In this document: positions 37,544 through 58,270 of the stretch, piece by piece
Layout: every line of letters begins with the position of its first letter
Position numbering within the stretch: position 1 is the first letter of the stretch
DNA from: the human T2T-CHM13v2.0 reference genome, Homo sapiens
Reading direction: 5' to 3' (one strand)
DNA: 64,000 nucleotides
Assembly: GCF_009914755.1 (NCBI RefSeq)
Contig: NC_060926.1
The notes under the pieces: generated by a model
The model's input: the letters and a program-made list of their open reading frames with translations, nothing else
Told to the model about the DNA's origin: nothing
Database searches by the model: none
Made by a program: the position numbers and the translations under genes

Positions 37544-39075
37544 TACTTCTCATATTTGTCTATCAAAAGCATAAAACTGAAGCTGAAAGTCCTTCTCTCA
37601 TATTTAGGTGCTTGGGAACTAACTACCTTCTGGTTTCTCCTTCCGTTTAAGGACAGAGTTAATTATGTAAAATGTTTCTGGAGAGGTTATACTTAGCAAT
37701 TCTTTGTGAATATTAAGGGATCACAGGCTTTATTGTTTTGCAGGTTTCATAGTACACTCAAATAAAAGCTCAAGGGGAAATATTTCAGGGAGGGCCAAGG
37801 AACCCAGATGTTAAAGAAGGATCTCTTTCTCCATCTATCTATGCACTTTTTTTTCTTCTTAAACCAACTGCATTTCTGTATAGGGATTTTTAAAAATGAT
37901 TTTTCCATTTAATGGAGAGGATCCGAGATGGAAAGTAATTTGCAGGGAACTGATTTTGGTCTCTTGATTTTTAAGCCATAGTACTATGCTTATTGTTCTA
38001 CATTCCTCCCTTTGTGTGACATGTCTCTAAGTAAGACATTTAGAATTGAAATATGCCTCTCTAGGCTAGAAGTCAATTCCAAGTTATTTATCTGACTACC
38101 TGTCTTCAGACAGATATCCAATTATGTCCCAAACTTTCAAGACTATTAATGCTAGTGGCTGTGCTGAGTTATAGTCAATTAATCAGTTGTTTTAGGTTGA
38201 CTAATGATCGAAGTGAACACAGAGATTAGCTTGTATTTAGTCCTAAATTTATATTTTTGCCTCTAGTTCTCTTATATCAATTGTCCAACTGAAACAAGGA
38301 GACAATCCCTATGAAAGAACCAAATCCAGCACAACAGCTTTCTGGTCCTGGAAATAGAATGGGCTATTCTTTAATGTATTATTATTAGCAATCTATTTCC
38401 AAAAGAAGATAAAGACATTTTCACATTGCTTTCAGAACTAATACAGTTACCTGCTATATATATATTTTTTAATTTTTAATAAATAATAGAGACAAGGTCT
38501 CACTATGTTGCCTAGGCTGGTCTTGAACTCCTGAGTTCAGGTATCCTCCCACCTCCACCTCCCAAAATGCTAGGATTACAGGTGTGAGCCACCATTCCCG
38601 GCCACCTGCTATATTTCAATATTAAAGATATCACTGCATTCAATTTCCTTTTTGGTATTCTCAGAGGAAAAATGAGAATAAAAAATTCAAATTCCTAGAA
38701 CATAAATCCATGCAATAAAATTTCATGATTTGTAACAATTTGGTCTGATACCACAAACATCTTTATAATCAATATCTCTTGGTATATATCATGTTCAACC
38801 ATTATAGCACAAATATCAAAGCTTCTTCTCTAATATTCAAAACCAGACAGTAATGGCTATATTGTAAACTATAAACTAATCATAACTGACCCCCAAATGT
38901 CATAGCCTTTCTGAACTCCTAACATGCTTTGCTAGAAAGACAGGTATATGTCTGCAGTTTAAAATGAAAGAAGCACTTGCAAACTTAAAGGAGGTCTTTA
39001 CTACAGAACCTTCACTAGAGCCACGACTCACCATGAAAGCCAACAGCTCAGATGCATTCTTAGAAGGCATAACAT

Positions 39076-39949
<874 letters not shown>

Positions 39950-40525
39950 CTAAAAATGACTTCTGGCTCAAACAAACATACAAAACCTTCATGGTTCTTG
40001 TAAGACATAACTGAAAAGAGTATTTCCAGGTGTAAAGCAGACATTAATGCTACAAATTATAGAAACTTAAAAAAACAGAATTGGCACAACATTAGATTGG
40101 TTTTGTTGATCTTTAACATGTAAAACCAGTTGAATACCTTGAGCACCAGATGTTCTGTATCTTCCTTTGGTACAGATCTCAGCAAGGTATAGGCACTATT
40201 GAGTTTCATGATACTGAAATGGCCACCATCTATCGCTTGGTCCAGAAATTTGGGAGGTTCCTTCTTTGTTAATAAGATATACCATTTTTTCGATGGGATA
40301 GAATAAGATGATGATATAGGTAGAAAGTATCTGGTAGTCAGTAGAGGTAGTTTTTAAAGACTTGGCAAGAATTTGGTACTTCTTAATTAAAGGGAAAGCA
40401 TCACTGTTACTGGGTACCTACTGATAAAAGATTATCTTTATTTCAATGACCTAACTGTATATAGATGGAGACAAACATGCAAGCAAATCATCACAATGCC
40501 ATGTAATGAGTGCAGCAATGAAGTA

Positions 40526-40844
40526 TGGTCAGTCCTCCATGTCTGTGGGTTCAACCAACTGCAGATGGAAACTATTCAGAGAAAAAGTTCCACAAAGTTC
40601 CAAAAAGTAAAACTTGAATTCACCATATGCTGAGTAATACACTGAATCCTTGCAAAGGACGTGATGTGTAGGCATTGTGTTAGGTATTACAAGTACTCTA
40701 GAGAGGACTTAAAGTATATGGGAGTATGCGCATAGGTTATATGCAAATACTATTCTGTTTTATTTCAGGGACTTGAGCATCCTTGGGTTTCCATATCTGT
40801 GGGGGCTCCTGGAACCAACCCCCAGGGATACTGAGAGACAACTG
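40526..40844 (-). mobile_element. MER2-type Tigger MITE
   Basis: The reverse complement of the right end reads cagttgtctctcagtatccctgggggttggttccagga (MER2 start). The left end is similar. Confidence 0.8.
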
Positions 40845-41920
40845 ACAGACCAAGTGCTGAGAGTCACAGATGAAGATCAGGTACTTCTGCCTGGAGGTAC
40901 TTCTGCCTGGAGGAACAAGGGGCAAGAATCGTCATGGAAGGCCTCAGAGAGGAGGCATCGTTGAGAACAGTTTTCCAGATACAGAAAAAGAATTAAGAGA
41001 ACCCTAGATAGAAATAGTATGTAAAATGGCATAGAAATCCAAAAATACATGAGAAACTGGGTCTAATTTATTTGTTTGACCAAAGGCATCTGAAAGGGAG
41101 TAGCTGGAAACGCATGTGGAAAGGTAGAGGAGAGGCAGGATGTGAAAGGAGCTTGTCCTAGCACAAGGTGAGAGATCTGAACTTTATATTGCAGGCAGCA
41201 GGAGAAGCACTGAATGTAAGACAAACACCAATGTGACCATCACATCATTTTAAAAGCTCACTCCAGAATCTTGCAGATGCTGGTCTTTTATCAAAAGCGT
41301 GCATGGGAATCCTCTGAAAAGCTTTCTGTAAGATAAGATACCCAAGCCCTACCCTCAGTTCAGTGACTCTGAACTTCTAGGGGTGAGGGGAATCTTTGCC
41401 CCACATAATATATAAATATATCATGTAGGATATATTGGGAAGCAGGGGAATGGAAGCTAGGAGGCCAGGTAAGAGGTTATGGCAGTTGCCCAGATCAGTG
41501 ACTATGAAGATGGACAGTGGTAGTCAAGATGGGGGCAAGAGAAAAGGAAAGCTATTGTGAAGACAAAACCAGTAAGAGAGGGTGACTGATTAAGTACGCA
41601 GGGTTAGGGAATAAAGAATAAGAGATTTTTACCTTGACTACTGGGTGGTAAAATATCCAAACTAGAAAACACAGAGTAGGAAACAAGATCTGAGGTTGGA
41701 AAGGAGGAGGGATGGGTAGACAGAATGAGCAGGAAGATAAGAGTGAATAGGATTTGAGTTTTGAAATTGTTGGGTTTGAAGTACCATTGATACCATTGAA
41801 GTACAGGTAAGTGGATGTCTAGAAAGCAGTTGAAAATAGGAGAACAGAACTCAGATGAAATGTCAAGTTTGAAAATACATGAGTGTCATTAAACAGTACC
41901 TGGTCATTTCAGTATTCTGA

Positions 41921-42160
<240 letters not shown>

Positions 42161-43271
42161 TGAACTCCTGACCTCAGGTGATCCATCTGCCACAGCCTCC
42201 CAAAGTGCTGGGGTTACAGGCGTGAGCCACCAAGTCTGGCCGAAAACGTACATTTATATTTATTGTTTTTAGGCGGGGTAGGAGAGGTTTGGGGACCTAT
42301 GCAGTAAGAGGGTGGCTTAGATAACAGGAACAGAGGTTCTGGTTATTGGGGAGACACATCTCCTATTACAAAGCACAAATTGAGCTTACTGGTAGAAATA
42401 ATTTTCATGCAGTTCCCTTGCGGCCAGACCACTCCAGTTCATTCTGGTGATGCTCTGAAATACAGACTAACTAGAAATTAAAATTCCTACAAAATCTCTC
42501 TTAAGGGTTTTAAAATCATCTGTAGGAATAGATAAATAACTTGTACCTTTAAAAATGTTTCAGGACAGATTATATACAACTGTATATTTCTTTCATTTAT
42601 CAGATATTTGCCTATAATGTGACAGGCACTGTGCTAGCTTCTGGGAATAAAAATTAAAAAGATGAAAACTGAAGTCTTACAAAGAAGAAAAATTTAGAAA
42701 AAATAATTATAATGTAGCAAATACTTAATAGAAGTAAGAAAAACTGCTATATGCATGGGAAAATACTGAGATTATCTCATCCCATAAAGAAAAACATATT
42801 TCTAGGGTGTTAAAGAGTTAAATATAAGCCAGGCATGATGGAACCCACCTACAGTCCCAGTTATGCAGGAGGCTGAGGTGGGAGGATCATTCGAGCCCAG
42901 TATTTTGAGGCCAGCCTGGGTAACACAGCCAAGACTCCGTCTCTTAAAGAAAAAAGAAGAGTTAAATATAAATGTTTATATAAATTAAGAGAAAAAATAT
43001 AGGTCTATGAATAGAGAGGATTTTCTTAGCTCAAAAGCAATGGAAAAATTAGAAAAACACCAGTTAATTTGAATTGTTAAAACCATCAGAAAAGAAAAAA
43101 AAATTTGAGGAACTACCTGAACAAATGTGACACAGCAAAAATTAAATGCCTTAATACATAAAGGATTCACACAAACTTAAAAGAAAACTATAGGGATTCC
43201 AATTAGATAAATGGGTAAAGTAAAAATACATGTTTAAAAAGAAGAAATACAAATGACTCAAAAGAAATTTA

Positions 43272-43409
<138 letters not shown>

Positions 43410-44427
43410 TTAAAAAATCAGCTAGGTGTGGTGGCATATGCCTATGGTCTCAGCTACTCAGGAGGCTGAGGTGAGAGGACTGCTTGAGCCTAGGAGTTAA
43501 AGGTTGTAGTCAGCCAAGATCAAACCACTGCACTTCAGCCTGGGTGACAGAGTGAGATCCTGTCTCGGTGGCGGGCAGGGGGAATTATAGACCACTTTCT
43601 CTGGGAAAAATAATGATCTTTTTAAAAAGGCAATCCTTAAGAGTGGAGACGGTTTTCTGACACAGGTCCTTAATTTACTACTAGTCAAGAGTGAAAGTAA
43701 AAAGTTAAGCCAAATTTCTAGAAAGTGATTTGGCAATATGTCCATCAAAGATCTTAGAAAACATTCAAACACTGTGGCTCAGTAGTTCTCCTTCTAGGAA
43801 TCAATTCAAAAGACTAATTAGAAATGCACAAAGAGATTTATATTAACAAATATTCAGGAAGTGTTATTTATGGTAGGATAATTTTGAAATTATCCTAAGT
43901 GTTCAAATATAAGGAAAGGAAAAGTAAACCATGGTATATCCATAATTATAGGATATTATGCTGTCATTAAATAATAATGCTTATGAAGACTTTTTGATTA
44001 CTTGGAAAAATGCTCAGCATATAGAAGATAACAAAGAAGGGCAAGATGATGATGATAGCTAACAACTACTGAGTGTTTGATATCTATCAGACACTTTAGA
44101 GCTTTAAATACATTATTTATGCTGTCTTCACAATAGTCGTATACAATTATTTATACATACACACAGCACACTCAACTACATCATAAGCATAAAATGAAAC
44201 ATCTGGAGGCAATATGGTCAAATGTTAAGATAAGTGGAATTATGGGAATTATGGGAATTATGGGAAAGTATACTTTCCAACACTTCTCCAACCTTTTCAG
44301 TTTAATTTTTCCTGATTCTAAGAGAAAAAGATGCTTAATGTAAAAAAAAAAAGAATCAAATTTCTAAAGTGAACCTATATTATTTTTGTTATTAAGAAAG
44401 CAAACTGAGAAGGAAAGTATTATATGA

Positions 44428-44472
44428 GCACACACACACACACACACAGACACACACACACACACACACACA
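44428..44472. repeat. (CA)n microsatellite, interrupted once, followed by a GA-rich tract
   Basis: Directly visible. Confidence 0.95.
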
Positions 44473-45077
44473 GAGGGAGAGAGAGAGGGAGGAAGAGGCA
44501 GGGGGAGGGAACGAGGGAGGAGAAACTATGGTGTAGAAGTTTGAGACTTTCAGTAGAAAACCTGTGAAATGGTTTGAGTAGATCCAAAGTTCCACAACTT
44601 CCCAACATCATTACCACCACCACTCCTCAAAAATGAGAATAAAGAAAACATCTTAGACCAGTCTAGATGATCTCCTCTACTACACTGTAAGAAATCTGTG
44701 ATATTTTTACTATTATATTTCAAGTGTCTGGCATAGTATGAGGCACAGAGTAGGTACTCCGTAAATATTTGTTGCCCATGAGTCAGCACCATGTTGCGGA
44801 ATATAACAGGAATGGTGAGTGGGTAAGAAGTAATCTATTATATTTAGATGTGGTGAGACTATTCTCCAAAAATGGGATGACATTATTCGCTGTTATATTT
44901 GGTGGATATATTTGTAGCGTCTGCAGCGATAGCAGACTCTTTTTCCCCTTCACTGGGAACAGTGGTATATTCTTTTCTACTTAACTCTATTAATGTCTAC
45001 TGCTTGGTCTGTTATTTTTTTTCTTCTACCATCTATGACTTAGGAATAGAATCAGCAGAGTGGAGAGTGTCTTTACT

Positions 45078-45340
45078 AATAATAGCAATATTTATTGAGT
45101 GCTTCCTATACGGCAGACTAAGTTTGAACATTTTCCATGGATTCACTCATTTAACCTTACACCAAGCCAATGAAGTAGATACCATTATCTTTATTTTACA
45201 GATGGAAAAAAAAAAAACTGAGGCATGGAGAAAAGTAATGTTTTTGAGGTCACAGAGCCAAATCGTGGGAGCAAGAGGATTTGAACCGAGGCAGTGTGGC
45301 TCTGAGTGTGTGTGCTCAGTCATTCGAGTGTACTGTCTAC
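45078..45340 (-). mobile_element. MIR
   Basis: tttattgagtgc...attttacagatggaaaa..actgaggc...ggatttgaacc. Confidence 0.85.
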
Positions 45341-48306
45341 TATCTTTCACGGCTGCACTTTCAGGAAAACACTTAAGGATATTTACTCTATATAAAAAAA
45401 GCCAACAGCATGACGTTAGATCATAGTTCCTGTTGTTTCTATAGGAAGATAAGATAGTAATAGTTACAAAGTATAGTTTTGGAGTGATTTACCCTTTCCC
45501 CATCATATTATTAGAACTCTGTGTCCTAAATGGCTCTCTGAACGTAAACCATCTGGCTTGAGAGCTTAACAGGATTAACTTTAAAATCTAATCTTCATTT
45601 CAAAGATCTTTTAGGTTCCTAATCTCAGCCTAGCAAAATACATACATTTAATGAGCAAATTATCTATTATATAAACCAGACTGTTGACTAAAAAAAAAGT
45701 TTAACAATGGGCTTAAAATCAACACTGAGTGTTATGACTCATTTTGGCTTTCTGAATTGACTTAGATCCAGGGGTAAACAATGTCTGGATAGGAGTCTCT
45801 AACCAAGGATGTGAAAGTACAGTACTGATGTCGTGTAGACAAAATTTCTACTTAAAATTGCAAAGTTTTAAAGATGAAGGAGTAGGCTGGGTGCAGTGGC
45901 TCACACCTGTAATCCCACCACTTTGGGAGGCCGAGGCAGGAGAATCGCTTGCATCCAGGAATTTGAGACCAGCCTGACTCCATCACTACTAAAAATCAAA
46001 CATTAGCTGGTTTTGGTGGTGCACACCTGTAGTCCCAGGTACTCAGGAGGCTGCTCAGGGGAGGACTGCTTGAGCCTGGGAGACTGAGGCTGTAGTGAGC
46101 CGACATCACATCACTGCACTCCAGAGTGGGTGACAAAGTGAGACCTTGTCTCCAAAAAAAAAAGGAGGAAATGAATAAAGTCAGCTGAAGCCTGGAGGAC
46201 AAGTGAGATTTGGGGCACCTGTCAGAGCTGTCCCTTTTCCCCAGGCCCTTTGACAGAGCCTCTTCTGTAGGAAGTCATGCAGACAGCCACGTACTTACCC
46301 CTGCCCTTCACTTTTAAATTTATTGGCGCATTAGCTCTTTCCCACAGAACATTTCTTTTAGCTGTGGAGGTTAAGATCAGTGTCCTGCAATTCTCTTTTA
46401 CATAGACAGCTGTCTGCTAGCCATGCATTTGGGAATCTTGAGCAGATTTTTTGGGTGTCTGTTTATTACTATTGGTGTGAAAGGGGGAAAGAATTTATTA
46501 TGCCCTAATGCTTTCATTTGCTCGACTTCTTTTTTTGTATTCCCCATAATAATGCTTTACAAAGGAGGTAACCATTTTAAATACATTTAATCTCTTATTA
46601 ATATTTTGTAGCCAGCTATTTTGCCCTCAATCCTAGATACCTATGTTACTTCTGAAATTATCTTCCCTACTCACTTGAATCAGACCTTTTTCTTCTTTTA
46701 GATGATGCAGCAGATTTCACCATACTTTAAAACAAATGTAAAACCCACCCTATAGACTACCTCATTCTTTTCTCTATCAAACCACTTCAGTCTCCCATCT
46801 CTCTCCATCAAGTTGTTGTTCTTTTGCTTCTTCTAAGCCCCTGCTTTCACCTCTTTTCCCACCTACTTATCCTGGAATGTCCTTCATAGATTGGCCAAAG
46901 TTACACAATTTCTCACTTCTCTTATCAGAAAAACAGCTCCTGAAATTTCAATAGCTCTAGAAAACCTTTCTAGTTACAAGCTCCATTTAAATAAACATTG
47001 GCCATAGTATGCAAACAAACAAAAATCCACGGCCTATTCATGCCTAGCACTGTTAGGGGTTTCGGGACAAAATAAAACAAGTTGAAGACTGTCCCTGCCC
47101 ACAAGAAGTTTATAATCAGTCCTCATAATCATCAGTCATAGCAACAACAGATACTTAAGCTTTAGCTTAACATATTACAATATTTAGATCAAATCCTATA
47201 TGATGATAATTTATAACCAAATACATGTAAGACTATTTGTAACAAAGACAACTTAATTATTTCATTTGATATAAACAAAAACCAGTACAACAAAATAATA
47301 TGAAAAAATCCTATGAAGTTAACAGTTACAGGATTTGCTGTGTATTTTGCATACATTTCTTTACTTTTGCAGCATTGGGGAGGTTGTGGGGGGAAGACAG
47401 TGCCTAAGCATTTGCTGAGTGTGAAATGCATCAGCACTGAGCCAGGCCCCTCAGAAACATTACGTGAATTCTCACTACTACTCATGGTGGTATTTCTATT
47501 TTGCAAATAAAGAAATAAAAGTCAAGGAAGATAATGGGTTCAAGGTCACATGATGGAATCAGTATTGGACACTACTTGTATCTGCTTCTAAAGCCACTGA
47601 ATAGATCAAATCCACAAACACTCTTTTATTTCAGGCATCTCTGTATTATCCAAATGAATTTTTCAGATTAGAGTTCTCAGGGAACAATAAATTTTCAAGT
47701 TTGAGAAACACTGCCCCAATTCAGGACTACTAGCCTCAAATCTAACTTGAAGTAGTTTAAGTGGTAAGGGGGGTGGGGGGAGGAGGGGGGAGTGCGGGGG
47801 TGGTTGGGAGAGGAACTTATTGGGCACCATAACTAAATACTAACTAAATTCATAACCAACCTCACGAAGGCAGGGGTGCAGCTGGCTTCCAGGATGTTGG
47901 AATGTCATTAGGACGTTTACTGTTACCTTTGCTTAGATCTCATTTTGAGTCAGGCTTTACACATGGCCCACAGCTTTTTATGCTTAGGAAGAAAGAGTTT
48001 CTGCCCAGAATCTCACAGCTTTACCACTGGAGAATAAAACCTCTTCCTTTATCCCAATTTGAAAATCCCCAGCAAAGCCTCTGGCCTGCCCTGAGTCACT
48101 TGCCTACTCTGGCATTCAGCAGGCCCCATGCTATGACTGGTATTCCTCCCGGAACATCACAGTTAGCGCTAGGAGGGGAACAGATCTCTAAGGAGAGAGC
48201 ACTGTTGCCAGAAAAAAAAAAAAGGGAGGCTGCAGAACAAATCTACAACAAAAAAATGTTCACTTACTTAAAGATTAACTTTCTTCCAAAGAAAAGTGTC
48301 AAATGA

Positions 48307-48531
<225 letters not shown>

Positions 48532-49758
48532 TAATTTCTGTATTTTTCATAGAGTTGGGGGTTGTGTCATGCTGCCCAGGCTGGTCTCGAACTCCTGGGC
48601 TCAAGTGATCCATCTGCTTTGGCCTCCCAAAGTGCTAGGATTACAGGCATGAGCCATTGTGCCCAGCCTTCTCTCTCTCTTTTTAGTTACTACTACTCTT
48701 CAAAAATTTGTGGTTAGAGACCTATTCGTGGACCCTTAAGTGAAAACAATATATTGTCTAGAAAGAAAACCAGTTTTCTTATTATTCCATTATGATGAAG
48801 AGGACATAAGGGATTACATTGATCTATAATGCTGGTAAGCTGCAGCTCTGGTGAAATATTAAGGAGCCCAGGTTCTAAAAGCCCTTTCATTGCAATGATT
48901 CTCGTGTGGATAGTGTGGATCATTCTTGATCTCCTTGAGTAGCATGCTCTTTGTCTATCTCTATGTAATGGACCAACCATTTCTTGTTACCTCACGGGGT
49001 TCTATGGTTATCTGCCAAAGCAAGGAAGTTAAACAAACAAGCAAAAACACCTTTTGGAAAACCATGATGTTAAAAAAATAAGCATCTGGTACTGTAAGTG
49101 TAGCATAAATATCATGTTACATACCTACAATGAGGTTTCTGACTTCCGGGAAGTGCATTTAAGTTTACTGATCATTTACAATTAATTAACCAATTGGTTA
49201 ATATAAAAAACTCCCCTATCAGCAGACATATATGCCTCAATTTATATTCGTAGCAATTTAGCATAGCCATTTGTGGTATCAGACTTGTTTAATGAACTAT
49301 TTCTCAGGAAGGAAAAGTTTACCACAAATCCATTCTTACACTTTCACCACTAGATAGTGTCTAGAGACATGGAGAGGAAGCCAAATATCTCTCTAGCTCT
49401 AGAAAGGGACAGAATTGTAAAATGAGACAATAGTTATTAACTATAACAAATTAACTATTTAACAGTATTGCTCAATTTATCATCATTATGTTGAAAAAGC
49501 AGTCGAGAGTCTTATAAACCGGATCATCAAATCAACAGAAATGTATTTTTTTATTTTTAAAAACCTTTCCATGATGAATCCCTCCTTCCTTGTTCTCCTT
49601 GTTCATTAAACTTAGGAAGTTGTTCCTACTTTATGTAGATGCTAAGTCCTGTATTTAAGAAAAATGAGAAAGGATGGCATCTTAAATGCTTTAACAAGTT
49701 ACTGCTCATAGAGGGGTCAACAAAATGCATGATGCAAAGTCATTTCCCGACCTGTTCA

Positions 49759-50376
<618 letters not shown>

Positions 50377-51860
50377 CTAAGGAAACAGAACAATCACATG
50401 ACGAAGGGTCTTCTCTACAAGGTAGTCTTCCCCACAGAGCATTTTGGGAAAGAGGAGGCTCAAGAGGACAACTCATTAGAAGGCAAACACACATCTGCCT
50501 TCCACCAGCAAGTCCACAAAGCAGTCAAATGACAGGACAGGAAGACAGAGGTAGCACACAGTGTAGGTACTGCTCATTGGAAGCTTAAAAATGAAACACA
50601 CCTACTTGCAATAGAATCCAAGTCTTGCTGCAAATCCATAGCCTAATGAACCCGGTCAGCAATTCCATTCCGATGAGGACTTTAAGGAGCACTCCCACCT
50701 CCTCTCCAAGGGCCTCTTCTAATTGCCAACTCTTGATAAGAAAGTAGCCTACAGAACTGTGTCTGCCAAGCAGTCTAGGTAGGTAGCTATCAGGAGGTAG
50801 GGAGAACCAGTAAGGCTTGAGTTTTTTGTTTTGCTGAAGAGGAGTTAATGGGAATGCAAGCAGGGTGAAAAAATAGGACGATGGTGTCTGTCTACCGCTT
50901 TGATGCAGACAGCTCCTTAATTCATAAAGGCAGCTTATACGAGGGCAGTTGAAACAAAAGGGCTATCCAGTGTGAGCTGCTGAGCAGGCTCTGATGGATG
51001 TCTCTGACAGGGTAGTCCCATCATGAGATTGTCTCTGCCAGTCAGAGTCATTCTGTGGCCTCTTATTTATTTCATGTAGTCAATAGCTCCTAAAACTGTG
51101 TTCCTGGTTTCTATCCCCACTGCCACCATCACATTTCAGCCCTCATTTGGCTAATGTTACTTAAATATTCTAGGTTTTCTACTGGTTCATGGGTGTCCAG
51201 GGAACCTTTCTATTGTTACTTATCTGATTTCTCACAGCTAAAATCACTTTCCTAAGCACCGCTCTCATCATGTCACCATTCTACCCCAAATCATCAATTC
51301 TCTACTAGTCTCCCAAATTAGAACAAAACTCTTTGTCTGTGCAGGCACTGCCCAGACAGCACAGCCTCAGTCTCCCAGGGCCTCCTCATTGTCACCACTT
51401 CTCCCCCTTCCTACACTGTTCAAACACAGGTCTGGAAATTTTCTGGCACAATAAAACAAAAACAAAACAAAATGACAAAAACTACACAAGTATTTACACT
51501 AAAAGTAGAGGTAGTCAAAATGAAACCCTTACTAAATACCTCAGTGCCCGGGAAATAATTCTATTATTTACTTAGATAAATGAAGAAGTGAGAAAAGCCA
51601 AGCCAACAAATCAGACAAACCAACTAGTGTGACTGTTACTACACACACTCAGATATCCAAACTAAGAGCCTAAAATAAAATGGGTGCATGTGTTAGACTA
51701 CTGAGCAGAAGATGAAAGAGCTGATTCATATCAGAAATATAATAAAAACAAAATAACAGTGGGATATCATCTTTCAAGGCTACAAACTCTAAGGATATAG
51801 ATGAGGGACACAGTGCAGAATGTGAAGGGCAATGTGAACAATAATGGGTAAAATTAATTA

Positions 51861-52112
<252 letters not shown>

Positions 52113-52300
52113 TCACACTCCAGTCTGTGCAACAGAATGAAACCCTGTCTCAAAAAAAAAAAAAAAAAAAAAAGATCTATAGAATGTTTGAGATTATGAG
52201 ATTGAAATACCATAATTTTATAATGAAAACATATCAAGGTCAGGCATGGTGGCTCACTCCTGTAATCCCAGTACTTTAGGAGGCCAAGGCGGGTGGATCA

Positions 52301-52525
<225 letters not shown>

Positions 52526-53169
52526 TCAGGAAGGAAAGGGGGGCAGTGGAGAGTGGGAAAAAGTTTGGGAAAATTGGTTCTGGCTCCAACTCTGATACTA
52601 AGTGGATTATGTGACCTGCATGACTTTGGACAATGAAGCCCTGTGTGTCTCAGCTAACTGGTCTGTGAAATGACAGGGGCTGGTTCTAGAGCACTGATTT
52701 TCACATGCTGTGCTCTGGGGATCTGAGGATGCCACATGGTGCTTCAGTGACCATGATGAACAGCAAGGGGAACAGACGAAGGATGTTAGGCCCCAATCTT
52801 GTTCCAATAAGGGTAGCTACACTTCTATTCCACATAACATTTCATAGGAATAAAATGTTCTACTGCTTTTTTAAAAAGTTTGAAAACCCCTTTCCTGACT
52901 ACAAAATTTAAATTAGAAGTCCCTGCTATATTCTCTCATAGTATCCTCTTCTTTTTAAATAATACTTATCATAATTTGCTATTATATGTAATTAGTTTTT
53001 ATTTGTTGGTTGGTTTCACTTATGAGCTTGTAAACTTTGCGAGAGCAGGGACCCTAGTACTTGTTTCATCTCTGTCTTCATTGCATTCACAATGTGTACT
53101 GAAAACCACAATTGGAACACACTGGTTGCTCAACAAATATTAGTTCAATTATGAATGACTCTCTTATAG

Positions 53170-53361
<192 letters not shown>

Positions 53362-54399
53362 TAATTTTTTTTATTTTTATATTTCTGTAGACATGGGATC
53401 TCACTCTGTGGCCAGGGCTGGTCTTGAACTTCTGGCCTCAGCAATCCTCCTGCCTCAGCCTCCCAAAGTGCTGGTACTACAGGAGTGAGCCACTGTGCCA
53501 GGCCATCTACTTACCATTCTAATCTACCTTAAGCAATGTATTGGCTGAAACCCAAAAGTGTCAATTGGTCGGGTGCTCAACTGACATGAATTTTAAATGG
53601 AAAAGATATCCAGACAAGGAATTCAAAGAAGGCTGGTAGATAAGCCATTTGGGATAGCAAAAATCTGTGAGTGGGAGGAGTAATGAGGCCTAAACAGGCA
53701 CACACCCAACAGAGGCAGCAGCGCTCCTCATGCGTACTAAACACATCAGGCCAACTACGCTGTTCAATCATTCTTAGCATCTCATTTCTGGACCAAAAGA
53801 ACCTAAAAGAAATGTAAAATGCCCCAAGACATTAGAGAATTTGCCAAGGGAAAGAAAAACCACCTACCATTTCATTAAAATGTGTATCTAAGTCTCTGCT
53901 GAAAAGACCACACAGAGACCTTGGGAGACAGTGCTTTGCCAGTGAACTATAAATCAGCTGCAGAAGTAGTCCAGGGACTTCCAGTACAAGGTAGTAGAGT
54001 GAGCACATGCGGAGAGCTCACCCTCCTGTGCCAAAAAAAAAATGACTTAAAGATATAAACATAAATTAATGCATAATTAATGCATGTATAGCTAGGACCA
54101 AAACAAAAAAGGAAACTCTGTTTAATGCCTAAACAAAATGAAAAAGTATCCTCTAAGGAAGAAAATGAAGAATCATAGTGGTGAGCAAGGGCTGCTTCTC
54201 AGCGGCCATGAGCCACACACACAAGGACTGCTGGCCACTTTTGAGGAGGCTGGAAGAACCTAGGTTCTGACCCCCATGGGGCCCCCCGAAAAGCAGAGAA
54301 AACAGAGCATCCAAAAAGGTCTTCAAATACCTAAGATCCTCAGGCCCCTAAAGGATAAAACAGCATCCATCAAATGTTCTGAAAAATAACCAATTAGAG

Positions 54400-58270
<3,871 letters not shown>

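Noticed and set aside
40879-40910. 16-bp tandem duplication aggtacttctgcctgg (similar small duplications at ~44236 and ~61813-61875)
   Set aside because: Ordinary slippage events with no functional hint.
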